This document shows positions 48,382-57,424 of a stretch of DNA of 64,000 bases, in pieces. The stretch is from positions 32,001-96,000 of the forward strand of contig JBFWNL010000004.1 in NCBI GenBank assembly GCA_050251055.1. The letters run 5' to 3'. This stretch comes from Bacteriovoracia bacterium. GTDB lineage: Bacteria; Bdellovibrionota; UBA1018; JBFWNL01. The notes under the pieces were generated by a model. That model saw only the letters and a list, made by a program, of their open reading frames with translations, was not told the origin of the DNA and made no database searches. Numbering within the stretch: the first letter of the stretch is position 1; each line of letters begins with the position of its first letter. The position numbers and the translations under genes were made by a program.

Positions 48382-50657
48382 AGTGGATCGTCGGCTGCCT
48401 CGTCTCGATAGGGATTTTGTTGGTTTTCAGCCTCCGGATCGAAGACTGGCTGAGCGTTTCCAGAGCGCGCTGGCTGTACGAGCATGCCCTGTCGTCAGAC
48501 ATTCGGATTCCTTGGGACAAACTTTCATTGGAGATAGAAGCCGAATCTCTTTTTAAAAAAACCGTTCATTTACGCGGGAAGGACGTTTGTCTGGATTTCC
48601 CGTCTGATGGTTTAGAAGTTTGCGCGAAGGATGTCGAGCTCTTAGTAAAGCTAGATTTTTCGCACGTCGTTCAGTCTCTAAGGGAAATCACCCGGCTTCA
48701 CCTCGGCGATCTTTCGATTCACGCCAAGATCAAGCCCTCGGAAAGCCCCGCCGCAACTCATGAGAAGACGACGGTGAATTCCTTACTGGCGACCCTCGAA
48801 GGGCGCGCGGCGCCCGCCTGGCTGGAAGAAACGACGATCAGAAGCCTAGATATCGCGCCGATCCACGCCAAGCTCGAATCTGCCGAAGGGACCCGCTCCG
48901 GAAACGGTCATCTCAAGTGCGAGACGCTTGCGGAAGATCGTCGGTTAACGTGCGCGTTGAATCTGACGGCGTCGAGACCGACGCAAAGCCGCTATCCCAT
49001 CTTTAAAGTATCCGCGGATTTGACTTCAAGAGAAGGGCGAATTTTTCGCCCTGAACAAGCCCAAGTCAAAGTATCCGGGCGCCTTCAGTCAAATCGGGAG
49101 ATCCAGGCAAAATTGACCTTGATGAGGGAGCAAAGTCACATTTGGGAGATTGCGCTGACTACCCACGGAAAGTGGGATGGGGAAAAATATCGAATCGAAG
49201 GGAAGGGATCGGTCTCGAATAAGACTATTTCTTTTGATTTCCATGCCAATGCCGGCGCCGGTATTCCCCGAGTCGCGCTCAAATCCTGCCATTTCCTCGC
49301 TAACCCGGAGAATTTCAGAACCTTGAAACTGAGCTGCTCAGGAAGCGCGCACCTGGCCAGGGAAATCAAGAGCGTGCTGTCGTTTCAGGCGGAGGTGAGC
49401 CTTAAACGCAATGAATCTGAGAAAAATCCCATTGAGTTTACCTCCCGGATCGATATGCAACCCATGTCTGATCCCATCGCCCCCGCCATCGGCTGGGTGG
49501 AAACGAAATTCTTAGGGGACGCGTCGAATTTTTTTAAAGAACAGCGCGTCGATTGCGCCTTCAAATGGGCCGGAATTCCTTTTCAAAGATTGAGGAAGGA
49601 GTTAGAGGGCTTTCATATAAACATTCCCGCACCCTTTCACGTCTTAAATGGGAAATTGAAGGTAGATTTGGCTTGCCAGCCTCATCGCAAAGGAGGCGAG
49701 TTCCAATTCCCGGTAAATGTATCGGGAAAACTCTCGTCGCGAAACCAGCGCCTCGACTGGACAACTACGGGGACTCTCCGCTGGGATCCGCATGACGCAG
49801 ATACGGACCCCGCTCTCTACCTCGATCTAGATTCGTTTATCGATAAGGGGCGAGTCGTGCTTCCTAGGCTCAATGTACGCTCACTTCCGCACTTGTTTTC
49901 TAGTTCCGATTTTTTGACCGAAGTGCGTGCGGCGACGGCTTCCCTGATTGCATACCGACTCAAGATTCAGACCCGATCTGAGCCTCTCTTCGTTTCTTCT
50001 AACCTCGCTAAAAACCTAATCCCGATTTCCGGCACCGTCGAAATAAAAAGCGACCGTCCGACTATGGCTAGCATCCAAGTGAGCAATGTGGACCTAGAGC
50101 TGTTTCGGAGAAAAGCAAAACTCGAGCATCTCAATTTCGTGTTGAATTCTTCGTCTTCCGCCGCGCAAGTGGATGGCAAGCTGGAAGTTCCAAGCCTGGA
50201 TTATACAGTGCTGGTAACCCTTTCCGGCACTACCGATTCTCCCCAAATCACCTTGCATAGTGAGCCTCCTTTGCCGGATAACGAAATCGTCGCGGTTCTT
50301 TTATACGGCAGCCCTGCCGACGAAACGAGCTTGAGCGACGCCGACGACGTGCGAAATACGCAGTCCATGCTACTGAGTCGCTCCGTCAGCTTGCTGTCTT
50401 TGTACGTTTTCGCCTATACCCCCATCCAACGAATTGATTTCAACCCTGATCAAAAGAAGGTGGCGGCGGCGTTCAAGGCCAGCGACCGCATTACCGTTTC
50501 CTTGGGCGCGGCCGCTCGTGATTCCAGGACTAGCGGAACTCTGGGCGTCCGGCGAAAAATAGGTAATTCTTGGTCCGTCGTGACCGAGTTAAATTCCGCC
50601 GGATCGAAGGAAACCTCCAGCGGATCCGCGTGGCTGGAATGGTCCAAACGATACTGA
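48378..50657 (+). CDS. tamB: TamB-like translocation/assembly module protein
   Basis: N-terminal anchor, beta-rich body, LSGT.DSPQI.L.SEPPLP..EI.A.LLYG, C-terminal WSKRY; ATGA overlap with tamA. Confidence 0.75.
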   Translation: MKWIVGCLVSIGILLVFSLRIEDWLSVSRARWLYEHALSSDIRIPWDKLSLEIEAESLFKKTVHLRGKDVCLDFPSDGLEVCAKDVELLVKLDFSHVVQSLREITRLHLGDLSIHAKIKPSESPAATHEKTTVNSLLATLEGRAAPAWLEETTIRSLDIAPIHAKLESAEGTRSGNGHLKCETLAEDRRLTCALNLTASRPTQSRYPIFKVSADLTSREGRIFRPEQAQVKVSGRLQSNREIQAKLTLMREQSHIWEIALTTHGKWDGEKYRIEGKGSVSNKTISFDFHANAGAGIPRVALKSCHFLANPENFRTLKLSCSGSAHLAREIKSVLSFQAEVSLKRNESEKNPIEFTSRIDMQPMSDPIAPAIGWVETKFLGDASNFFKEQRVDCAFKWAGIPFQRLRKELEGFHINIPAPFHVLNGKLKVDLACQPHRKGGEFQFPVNVSGKLSSRNQRLDWTTTGTLRWDPHDADTDPALYLDLDSFIDKGRVVLPRLNVRSLPHLFSSSDFLTEVRAATASLIAYRLKIQTRSEPLFVSSNLAKNLIPISGTVEIKSDRPTMASIQVSNVDLELFRRKAKLEHLNFVLNSSSSAAQVDGKLEVPSLDYTVLVTLSGTTDSPQITLHSEPPLPDNEIVAVLLYGSPADETSLSDADDVRNTQSMLLSRSVSLLSLYVFAYTPIQRIDFNPDQKKVAAAFKASDRITVSLGAAARDSRTSGTLGVRRKIGNSWSVVTELNSAGSKETSSGSAWLEWSKRY

Positions 50658-50729
50658 CAACCGATGATGGATAAGATGGCAGATCAAGGGAACTCTGGCA
50701 CCCGCGCGGAACATTTTTGTGCTTTGGTC

Positions 50730-50965
50730 AACGGCGTCGCTGATCGTTCCGCGTGAGGCACCGATCAGCATCAGAAAATCGAACCCGAATTGATAAACGG
50801 TGTCACGATCCAGGTTGGATTTGCTCAGCGCCGCGATTTTCTCCATGGATTCGTCCATGTTTTTTTTGCGTCGCTACACGTGTCGGAGTGAATGGCGATG
50901 GAGAAACCCAAAGTATTCCGCTCTTCCCGAGGCGTATTGTAAATTGGTTCCACCTCCTGCACCCA
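50730..50965 (-). pseudogene. Possible frameshifted remnant of a TIGR02147/DUF4423-like C-terminal domain
   Basis: PREERNTLGFSIAI...DAKK joins NMDESMEKIAAL...DTVYQFGFDFL if one A is added to the A8 run (plus-strand T run 50860-50867); no N-terminal part present; boundaries approximate. Confidence 0.3.
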
Positions 50966-50976
50966 CAAGCATCGGC

Positions 50977-51252
50977 CTAACGAAACCACTTCTTGGCGCT
51001 AGGCCGGCGGTGTGGACAACCTGGCCAACAACACGGACGACGCTTTCCCTCGGCGAGCTCTTCGCGCGCACGCGCGATCCGATGTTGACGCGTTTTTTCC
51101 TGTTTTGCCGAAGTCACCCAGCAGACCCACTCGTTGCGAGCAAGTGGAGTAATTTCTTTCCATGCCGTCTGGGCGGCCGACACCGACGCCAAAGCTTGGC
51201 GAAAGTCGGGGGGAATTTTGTGGACGGGGCCCGGAACTTTTTTCTTACTCAT
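50977..51252 (-). CDS. YdeI/OmpD-associated family protein
   Basis: IPPDFRQAL....W..ITPLARNEWVCWVTSAKQEKTR..RI.RA.EEL.EGKRRPCCWPGCPHR. Confidence 0.88.
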   Translation of the reverse strand: MSKKKVPGPVHKIPPDFRQALASVSAAQTAWKEITPLARNEWVCWVTSAKQEKTRQHRIARAREELAEGKRRPCCWPGCPHRRPSAKKWFR

Positions 51253-51296
51253 AGATGAAACCCTAGCCCCTACGGTTCCAAAGTGTAATTAAAAAC

Positions 51297-51330
51297 GCGA
51301 GGATCGCGACCCTCTTGGCCTCGATCCTCG
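51297..51330. terminator. Intergenic hairpin, probable terminator of the 51363-51986 gene
   Basis: GCGAGGATCG...CGATCCTCGC stem flanked by AAAAA and TTTCTTT. Confidence 0.6.
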
Positions 51331-51362
51331 CAATTTCTTTATTTACTCTCTAAGAAAACCGC

Positions 51363-51986
51363 CTAAAACTCGGCGCACGTCCCACATCCGATATTGATGT
51401 ATCCATGATCGGCGCCACCTTGGGTATGTTCCATTTCGCAGCTATAGTGACATTTCCCGTTCGGAAGAGGAAGGTACCTAAGAATAGGCTGGCTGGAGAT
51501 CATTCTGTACGGAGTGACCGTACCGCACAAGTTCGGTTCCAGCCGATTTTTCACGCAGGGATTGGAGATGGCTGGACATCGAGGCGCGACGTTTGCTTCT
51601 TCTTTACAGTGAGCCCGGCCATAAAGCATATCTGCCCACGAGCTACAGTTTCTTTGCGCGTCTTCATTTAAAGAATCCAGGAGATTTTTGCGGTCATTAT
51701 ATGCTTGCGCGCACCTTTCACCAAACTCTTCGACTTGTGAGTTATCGCCACCGGAATTGGGACAAGCGGCTTCACCGTATGGAATCGTGTATTTGAATGA
51801 ATCGCCCCGGCTACTTCCTTTGTTCTTATAGGTTGGTCCTGCTGGATAAATGAATTGGACCAGCTCGGACCTTCCACAAGCAATTTCAATTGTCCTAGGG
51901 ACAGTGTTACCAGTGTAGTCTGCAAAAACCTGCGGCATTAATACCCAGCCCAATACCCCTACCCATAAAAGTACGTTCTTTTCCAT
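51363..51986 (-). CDS. Secreted cysteine-rich hypothetical protein (12 Cys)
   Basis: AGGAGG RBS before ATG 51986, signal peptide ending VFA, AT-rich gene and upstream region. Confidence 0.7.
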   Translation of the reverse strand: MEKNVLLWVGVLGWVLMPQVFADYTGNTVPRTIEIACGRSELVQFIYPAGPTYKNKGSSRGDSFKYTIPYGEAACPNSGGDNSQVEEFGERCAQAYNDRKNLLDSLNEDAQRNCSSWADMLYGRAHCKEEANVAPRCPAISNPCVKNRLEPNLCGTVTPYRMISSQPILRYLPLPNGKCHYSCEMEHTQGGADHGYINIGCGTCAEF

Positions 51987-52338
51987 TTCCCCTCCTGATG
52001 TTGTTTGAGTGAACCCTTTGACAGTATATAAAAATATAATGCACTGCACAATGTAATTATATATAAATTAAAATCAATTAATATTAAATACTTATAGTAA
52101 TAAAAAAATTTTAATGCATTAAACTGTATCTATTGCAACTTTGGACTCAACAAACCTCACAAAGGAATTCAAGAAACTTCCCATAGGAGGTCCCAGGCGA
52201 TCGCTCCATTAATACAATTCAACCAACAATTGGGAGTCGCCTTCCGGTCTTCGCGCTCACGCGCTCAGCCTGTAGACCGGGCTCAGGGCGCGCCCGTAAA
52301 CGGGCACCCGCGCCCCTGCGCGTTTCGCTATTTATAAA

Positions 52339-52533
52339 CCACCCTTTCTCAATCATCGCCCCGAGCGTTACCGCCCAGCCTTTTGAAACACGAATGTCTT
52401 CCCTGAGGGGGCGTCTGCGGGCCACGAAGGCGTTGAGCAGTCGAGCCCATGGATGGGCGTCCCCCTCAGGGAAGACATTCGTGTTTCAAAAGGCTGGATG
52501 AGAAATTTTTCGGCGATGATTGAGAAATGGTGG
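52339..52533. repeat. Long imperfect inverted repeat at the tRNA-Ala 3' end, containing structured repeat copy 2
   Basis: Perfect 37-bp arms 52375-52411 / 52461-52497 and perfect 16-bp arms 52345-52360 / 52512-52527; the apex carries the GCCCATCCATGGGC core. Confidence 0.85.
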
Positions 52534-52603
52534 AGATGATGGGAGTCGAACCCACGGCCTTTGCATTGCGAACGCAACGCTCTACCAACTGAGCTACATC
52601 CCC
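52528..52603 (-). tRNA. tRNA-Ala (CGC)
   Basis: GGGGATG/CATCTCC acceptor with G3:U70, anticodon loop TTCGCAA, GGTTCGACTCC T arm, encoded CCA. Confidence 0.96.
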
Positions 52604-52693
52604 ACCCAATGGATGCCTATGATTTAACTCAGCTTCTTGCCGTGAGCAAGCCCGGTTTTTGCCCCCCAGACCTTTGTGATAAGGATGAAACTA

Positions 52694-53512
52694 ATGACTC
52701 CTAACAAGGACTTAGCCATCGTCCTGCGCTCCGTCGTATTCCAAGATCGCGACCGGATCGTGACCGCGCTGACCCAAAATCACGGTCGGATCACGGCCTT
52801 GGCCAAGAACTCGGTTCATTCCAAACGCTTCGGCGGGAGCCTGGAGGCGTTCACGGCCGGGGAGTGGCTCTTTACCCAGAAGCCGAATGCCGACATGGCC
52901 CATTTGAGCGAGGCCAACGTGAAGCGCGCTTACGAAGGATTGCGCCGCGACTTTCACCGGCTTTCCATCGGCTCGGCATTCAGTGAAATCATCTTGAAGC
53001 TCACCCATCCGAATGAGCCTTGCCCGCAGCTTTTTCAACTACACTCGAACGCGCTGGCCGTACTCGAAGAAACGGACAACCTGGCGAATCCCTTCTCGCT
53101 GTTAAATATGTATCTCGCGAAAGTCCTGCAGTGGTCGGGTCACCAGCCGGATTTCCTGAACTGCTTGGCGTGCGAAAAGAGCTTAAACGACGTGATGGAA
53201 CTCACCGCGATCGTTTCGGAAGGCGGCTGGGTTTGCGCGGACTGCCGACACACCCACGCACCTACCCACGCCGTGGCCGCGCAGGGAAAGCATCCGCTAC
53301 ACCGCCACGCGATCGTGGATTTACTCATGGCGATGAACCACCCGTTCCGCCAGGCCGTCACGCAGGTGAGCGGTACGCCGGACGCACACCAGGATCTTTT
53401 CGCGTATTTGGAGGCTTTTTTAAGTTATCACGTGGCGGGTTTTGATCGCGCCGCGATGAAAAGCCTGCGGTTTATCTCAGGATCCAGCGAGCCGCTTCCG
53501 CCAGGTCTTTAG
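52694..53512 (+). CDS. recO: DNA repair protein RecO
   Basis: AIVLRS....DRDRIVTALT..HGRITALAK....SKRFGGSLE, C-x2-C...C-x2-C zinc finger; start could also be 52676 or 52685. Confidence 0.92.
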   Translation: MTPNKDLAIVLRSVVFQDRDRIVTALTQNHGRITALAKNSVHSKRFGGSLEAFTAGEWLFTQKPNADMAHLSEANVKRAYEGLRRDFHRLSIGSAFSEIILKLTHPNEPCPQLFQLHSNALAVLEETDNLANPFSLLNMYLAKVLQWSGHQPDFLNCLACEKSLNDVMELTAIVSEGGWVCADCRHTHAPTHAVAAQGKHPLHRHAIVDLLMAMNHPFRQAVTQVSGTPDAHQDLFAYLEAFLSYHVAGFDRAAMKSLRFISGSSEPLPPGL

Positions 53513-54017
53513 CCACAAAGTCGGCATCCGCTCCGGAAATCTCGCCCGACGTCTTTTCGCCATCGCCCGTCCGCACGAGAATCACGCTCCCACAGCCCGC
53601 CGAGCGGCCCGCTTCGAGATCCGAGCGGCGATCTCCCACCATCACGCTACCCGAGAGCTGGACGCCCAAGTGCCGAGCCCCGTTCTGAATCATCTGGGGG
53701 CTGGGTTTGCGACAAGCGCATTTGTCGTCGGGGTGATGGAAACAAAGCTCGAAATGATCGATGCGCACGCCGAACGGTTTCAGCAGCGATTGGAGTCGCT
53801 CATTGATGAGGGGAATGGCTTCGGGTTTGATCAACCCACGCCCCACGCCCGACTGATTGGAAACAACGACCAACCGGTACCCCGCCTGCGCAAGCGACGC
53901 CAGGGCCTCGCCGACCCCCGGTAGAAGCTTCAGCTGGTCGGGGTGGTTGATGTAGCCGGGGTCGTCGTTGAGCGTCCCGTCTCGATCTAAAAATACGGCG
54001 AAAACCGCATTTGCCAT
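53472..54017 (-). CDS. gmhB: D-glycero-D-manno-heptose 1,7-bisphosphate phosphatase (HAD IIIA)
   Basis: AVFLDRDGTLN, VSNQSGVGRG, CFHHPDDKCACRKP, MVGDR.SD. Confidence 0.88.
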   Translation of the reverse strand: MANAVFAVFLDRDGTLNDDPGYINHPDQLKLLPGVGEALASLAQAGYRLVVVSNQSGVGRGLIKPEAIPLINERLQSLLKPFGVRIDHFELCFHHPDDKCACRKPSPQMIQNGARHLGVQLSGSVMVGDRRSDLEAGRSAGCGSVILVRTGDGEKTSGEISGADADFVAKDLAEAARWILR

Positions 54018-54060
54018 AGGCCGGACGATATCATAATGTCCGAAACATAGGGAAGAAGTG

Positions 54061-55788
54061 ATGAAATCATTGTGGAAACTGAAGAAGTACGTGGTGCCGT
54101 ACCGATGGCTGGTGTTCGGCAGCGTCTTGCTCGCGATTCCGCTTTCCGTGCTACGTTTCGCGCCCGCGCCGATCATGAAATACATCGGCGACGACTTTTT
54201 CATCCAACGCAATCCGAAGGTCGTCTATCTCTTTCCTCTCGCGTTCATCGTGATCTACCTCCTTAATTTCCCGATTCGTTTCTTCCACTACTATTTCCTA
54301 CGCGTGGTGATGACCCGGGTGAACCAAGCGATCAAGAACGACCTTTGGACGCACTTGTTGGGTCTTTCCGCGGACCACTTCACTAAGCAGAGCACGGGCA
54401 CCCTGATGTCGCGCGTGGCTTCCGATCCCCAGGTCATTGACTCCGGCATACTTTGCATCAACGTCATCGTGCGCGAGCCGCTGACTTTCGCTTTTCTCTT
54501 CGGCTACGCTTTCTACCTAAACTGGAAGCTCACGCTGGTAACGCTCATCATGTTTCCCTGCTTGGCTTGGATTTTTTCGGCCACCGCGCGTAACCTCAAG
54601 CGCTATATCCGCGCCCTCTCCGAAGAGAACGCGAACCTGTACTCGACCATCCAGGAAAACATCACGGGCATCCGCGTGGTGAAATTCTATGGGCTCGAAA
54701 AATACGCCCGCAAAAAATTCCGTGAACGTGCCGAGCGCTTCGCGCATATTTTACGCAAAACCGCCGTCTTGGAGGAAGCCGCGCATCCGGCGGTCGAGCT
54801 CGTGACCGCATTCGCTATCGCCGCCGTTATTTATTACGGCGGGTTGCAAGTCTTGAACGAGTCCATGACGCCGGGCCAGCTGCTTTCTTTCTTTACGGCG
54901 CTGGCGCTCATGACCGATCCCTTGCGCAAGCTCAACGACCTAAACATGAAACTCAACCAGGCGGCCGCCGCCACGGACCGTGTTTTCGAGGTCATGACCT
55001 GGCAAAATCACGTACGCGAGGCGAAAGACCCCAAACGCGTGGACGGGTTCCGGGACGTGATTTCCTTTGAACGCGTGAGCTTCGCTTATCCAGACCTGCC
55101 CGGTCGAAACGTGCTCACCGATATCAGCTTCACCATGAAAAAGGGTGAGACCACGGCGCTCGTAGGTCACAGCGGTTCGGGCAAGAGCTCGCTCGCGGCG
55201 CTGCTCCCCCGCCTTTTCGATGTCACGCATGGGCATATCCGGGTCGATGGCGTGGATATCCGCGATTACGCGCTGGCCGATCTACGCAAGCTTTTTTCGA
55301 TCGTGAGCCAGGACGTATTCCTTTTCAACGACACGATCGAGGAAAATATCCGCTGTGGGCGATTCGACGCCACCCGCGAGGAAATCCGGGCCGCCGCCAA
55401 GGAAGCTTTCGCGCTCGACTTCATCGAGGCGCTGCCGGATAGCTTCAAGACGGTGATTGGGGATCGGGGCCAGAAGCTATCGGGCGGTGAACGCCAACGT
55501 ATCGCCATCGCGCGCGCGTTTCTGCGGCAGTCGCCCATCCTCATCCTCGACGAAGCTACCTCCAGTTTGGATAGCGCCTCCGAAAAGGCCGTACAAAAGG
55601 CGCTCGATAAACTGATGACCAACCGGACGACTTTAATTATCGCCCATCGCTTGTCCACGGTGCGAAACGCCGACCAAATCCACGTCATCAAAGACGGATC
55701 CATCATCGAATCGGGCGATCATCACGATTTGCTCGATAAAAAAGGCGAATACGCGAAATTCATTCAGATCAGCGACGACTTGAGCTAA
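54061..55788 (+). CDS. msbA: MsbA-like ABC exporter (TMD + NBD)
   Basis: Six-TM domain, GHSGSGKS, LSGGERQRIAIARA, ILILDEATSSLD; divergent from gmhB. Confidence 0.75.
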   Translation: MKSLWKLKKYVVPYRWLVFGSVLLAIPLSVLRFAPAPIMKYIGDDFFIQRNPKVVYLFPLAFIVIYLLNFPIRFFHYYFLRVVMTRVNQAIKNDLWTHLLGLSADHFTKQSTGTLMSRVASDPQVIDSGILCINVIVREPLTFAFLFGYAFYLNWKLTLVTLIMFPCLAWIFSATARNLKRYIRALSEENANLYSTIQENITGIRVVKFYGLEKYARKKFRERAERFAHILRKTAVLEEAAHPAVELVTAFAIAAVIYYGGLQVLNESMTPGQLLSFFTALALMTDPLRKLNDLNMKLNQAAAATDRVFEVMTWQNHVREAKDPKRVDGFRDVISFERVSFAYPDLPGRNVLTDISFTMKKGETTALVGHSGSGKSSLAALLPRLFDVTHGHIRVDGVDIRDYALADLRKLFSIVSQDVFLFNDTIEENIRCGRFDATREEIRAAAKEAFALDFIEALPDSFKTVIGDRGQKLSGGERQRIAIARAFLRQSPILILDEATSSLDSASEKAVQKALDKLMTNRTTLIIAHRLSTVRNADQIHVIKDGSIIESGDHHDLLDKKGEYAKFIQISDDLS

Positions 55789-56354
55789 ACCGAACGTCGC
55801 TTCCAGTCGCCCCAGAGCAGGATCGCCCCGAACAGCTCGCCCAGCCAGACATGGGGGCGCGCGAAGGAAAGCAGGTGCTCGCCGCTATTCGCATAGGGCA
55901 TGACGGGAAAATTCGCCCCCAGGGCCGGCCATAGAAGTCCAACAATTCGATCCGATCCCCACGAAAACACGTCCGTGCCCGCGCGCACATTCATCCAAAT
56001 CGCCTCGAAGGAGTCGCCGACGTGGTCAAGTAGCAAGTGCGTGCCCATTCCGAGCACTAGTGCCGCGATCGGGCGCGAACGCAAAATCACCGCGCTCACC
56101 CCCAGGGCGAGAAGAAGTAACGCCGTATGTCCAATCGTGCGGGAACCGGAGATGAGGCCAATTTCCGATCCGTGGCGTCCCGTGACCCAGGCTAATCCGT
56201 AGTAGAGCGGTTTATCGATTAGATCGGGAGCAATCGTGCCGGCTAAGATCCCACCCACGGGGAGCTTCGCGGGTTTCTCCGTCGCGAACACGGGTCCGCC
56301 CGTGAATGGACGCGCGAGCCTTAGTCCAATTCCCATATGCCCCAAGAAGAACAT
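55785..56354 (-). CDS. Membrane metal-dependent hydrolase (YdjM-like)
   Basis: GH, PDLIDKPL, RTIGHT, THLLLD motifs. Confidence 0.8.
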   Translation of the reverse strand: MFFLGHMGIGLRLARPFTGGPVFATEKPAKLPVGGILAGTIAPDLIDKPLYYGLAWVTGRHGSEIGLISGSRTIGHTALLLLALGVSAVILRSRPIAALVLGMGTHLLLDHVGDSFEAIWMNVRAGTDVFSWGSDRIVGLLWPALGANFPVMPYANSGEHLLSFARPHVWLGELFGAILLWGDWKRRSV

Positions 56355-57367
56355 TAGCTTTGAACGACTACCTTTCCAAAGGCCTGCCGCGATTCCAGGC
56401 GAGCATAGGCTTTCGGAAGGTCGCGTAAGGAAAACTCGGAATCAATCACCGGCGAGAGCCTCCCTTGGGATACGAAACCCACCAGGTCCACGAGGTCCTG
56501 TCGGCCTCCCATCGTAGATCCCAGTAATGCGATGTTCTTAAAGAAAACGAGCTTTAGATCAATACTCACGCGCGAGCCACTCGTGGCCCCGCAGGTGACG
56601 AGCCTTCCGCCCCAGTTCAAGCTCTTCACGCTTTCCTCGAAGGTCGCCACGCCGACGTGATCAATCACGACATCCACGCCTCGTCCCAAGCCCATTGCTT
56701 TCAATACCTGCTTCAATCCTTCGCGAAAAGGGCCCTTTCCGGTTTCAATCACGTGGTCGGCGCCGAGCTCCTTAACTCTACGCGCCTTTTCAGCGGTAGA
56801 CGCCGTAACAAACACGGTGGCGCCCAACATCTTGGCAAGCTGCACGCAGGCAACCGAAACGCCGCTGCCGGCCGCGTGGATTAAGATGGTTTCGCCTGAT
56901 TGCAGCTTCGCCTTCCGATGCAGCATACTCCACGCCGTAACGTAAGCCACCGGCAGACAAGCGGCCTGCTCGAAGCTCACGGATTCAGGCAGGGGGATGA
57001 GATTGCGTTCAGGCACGGCGATGAGCTCAGCGGCGCCTCCGTCGCGAGTTTCTCCAATCAACCCGAATTGCGCGCACACAGGTCCGAAGTCGGCGCGGCA
57101 CGCGGCGCACTGCCCGCAGGACATCACTGCGTGCACGACGACGCGCGCCCCGGATTTTTCTTCTACGCCAGCGACATCGCACCCAGGCACCAGCGGTAGG
57201 GGAAACCGATGACCTTCCACGCCGTTGCGCACCCAAAGATCTAGATGATTCAAGCCGATCGCGCGAGGACGCACACGGACGATACCAGGCGCCGCCACGG
57301 GGTCGGATACCTCTTTGTGTACAAGGACTTCTGGACCGCCGTGACGCTCAACCACCCAGGCTTTCAT
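56354..57367 (-). CDS. Zinc-binding MDR alcohol dehydrogenase / quinone oxidoreductase
   Basis: LNHLDLW, PGCDVAG, CGQCAACRA....C, AAGSGV, FGKVV; start at MKAWV. Confidence 0.88.
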   Translation of the reverse strand: MKAWVVERHGGPEVLVHKEVSDPVAAPGIVRVRPRAIGLNHLDLWVRNGVEGHRFPLPLVPGCDVAGVEEKSGARVVVHAVMSCGQCAACRADFGPVCAQFGLIGETRDGGAAELIAVPERNLIPLPESVSFEQAACLPVAYVTAWSMLHRKAKLQSGETILIHAAGSGVSVACVQLAKMLGATVFVTASTAEKARRVKELGADHVIETGKGPFREGLKQVLKAMGLGRGVDVVIDHVGVATFEESVKSLNWGGRLVTCGATSGSRVSIDLKLVFFKNIALLGSTMGGRQDLVDLVGFVSQGRLSPVIDSEFSLRDLPKAYARLESRQAFGKVVVQS

Positions 57368-57424
57368 GAGGAAAAACATACCATTTGGAATTGACCTTAT
57401 CACGCAGATTGTTAAAGTGACTGA

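Noticed and set aside
52339-52533. CRISPR array or IS element
   Set aside because: The repeats are inverted, not direct with spacers; no cas or transposase gene in the window
56354-57367. Zinc alcohol dehydrogenase (or transketolase at 37047) as a satellite BMC enzyme
   Set aside because: Distant from the BMC locus, no encapsulation-peptide extension, and BMC alcohol dehydrogenases are typically the iron-containing type
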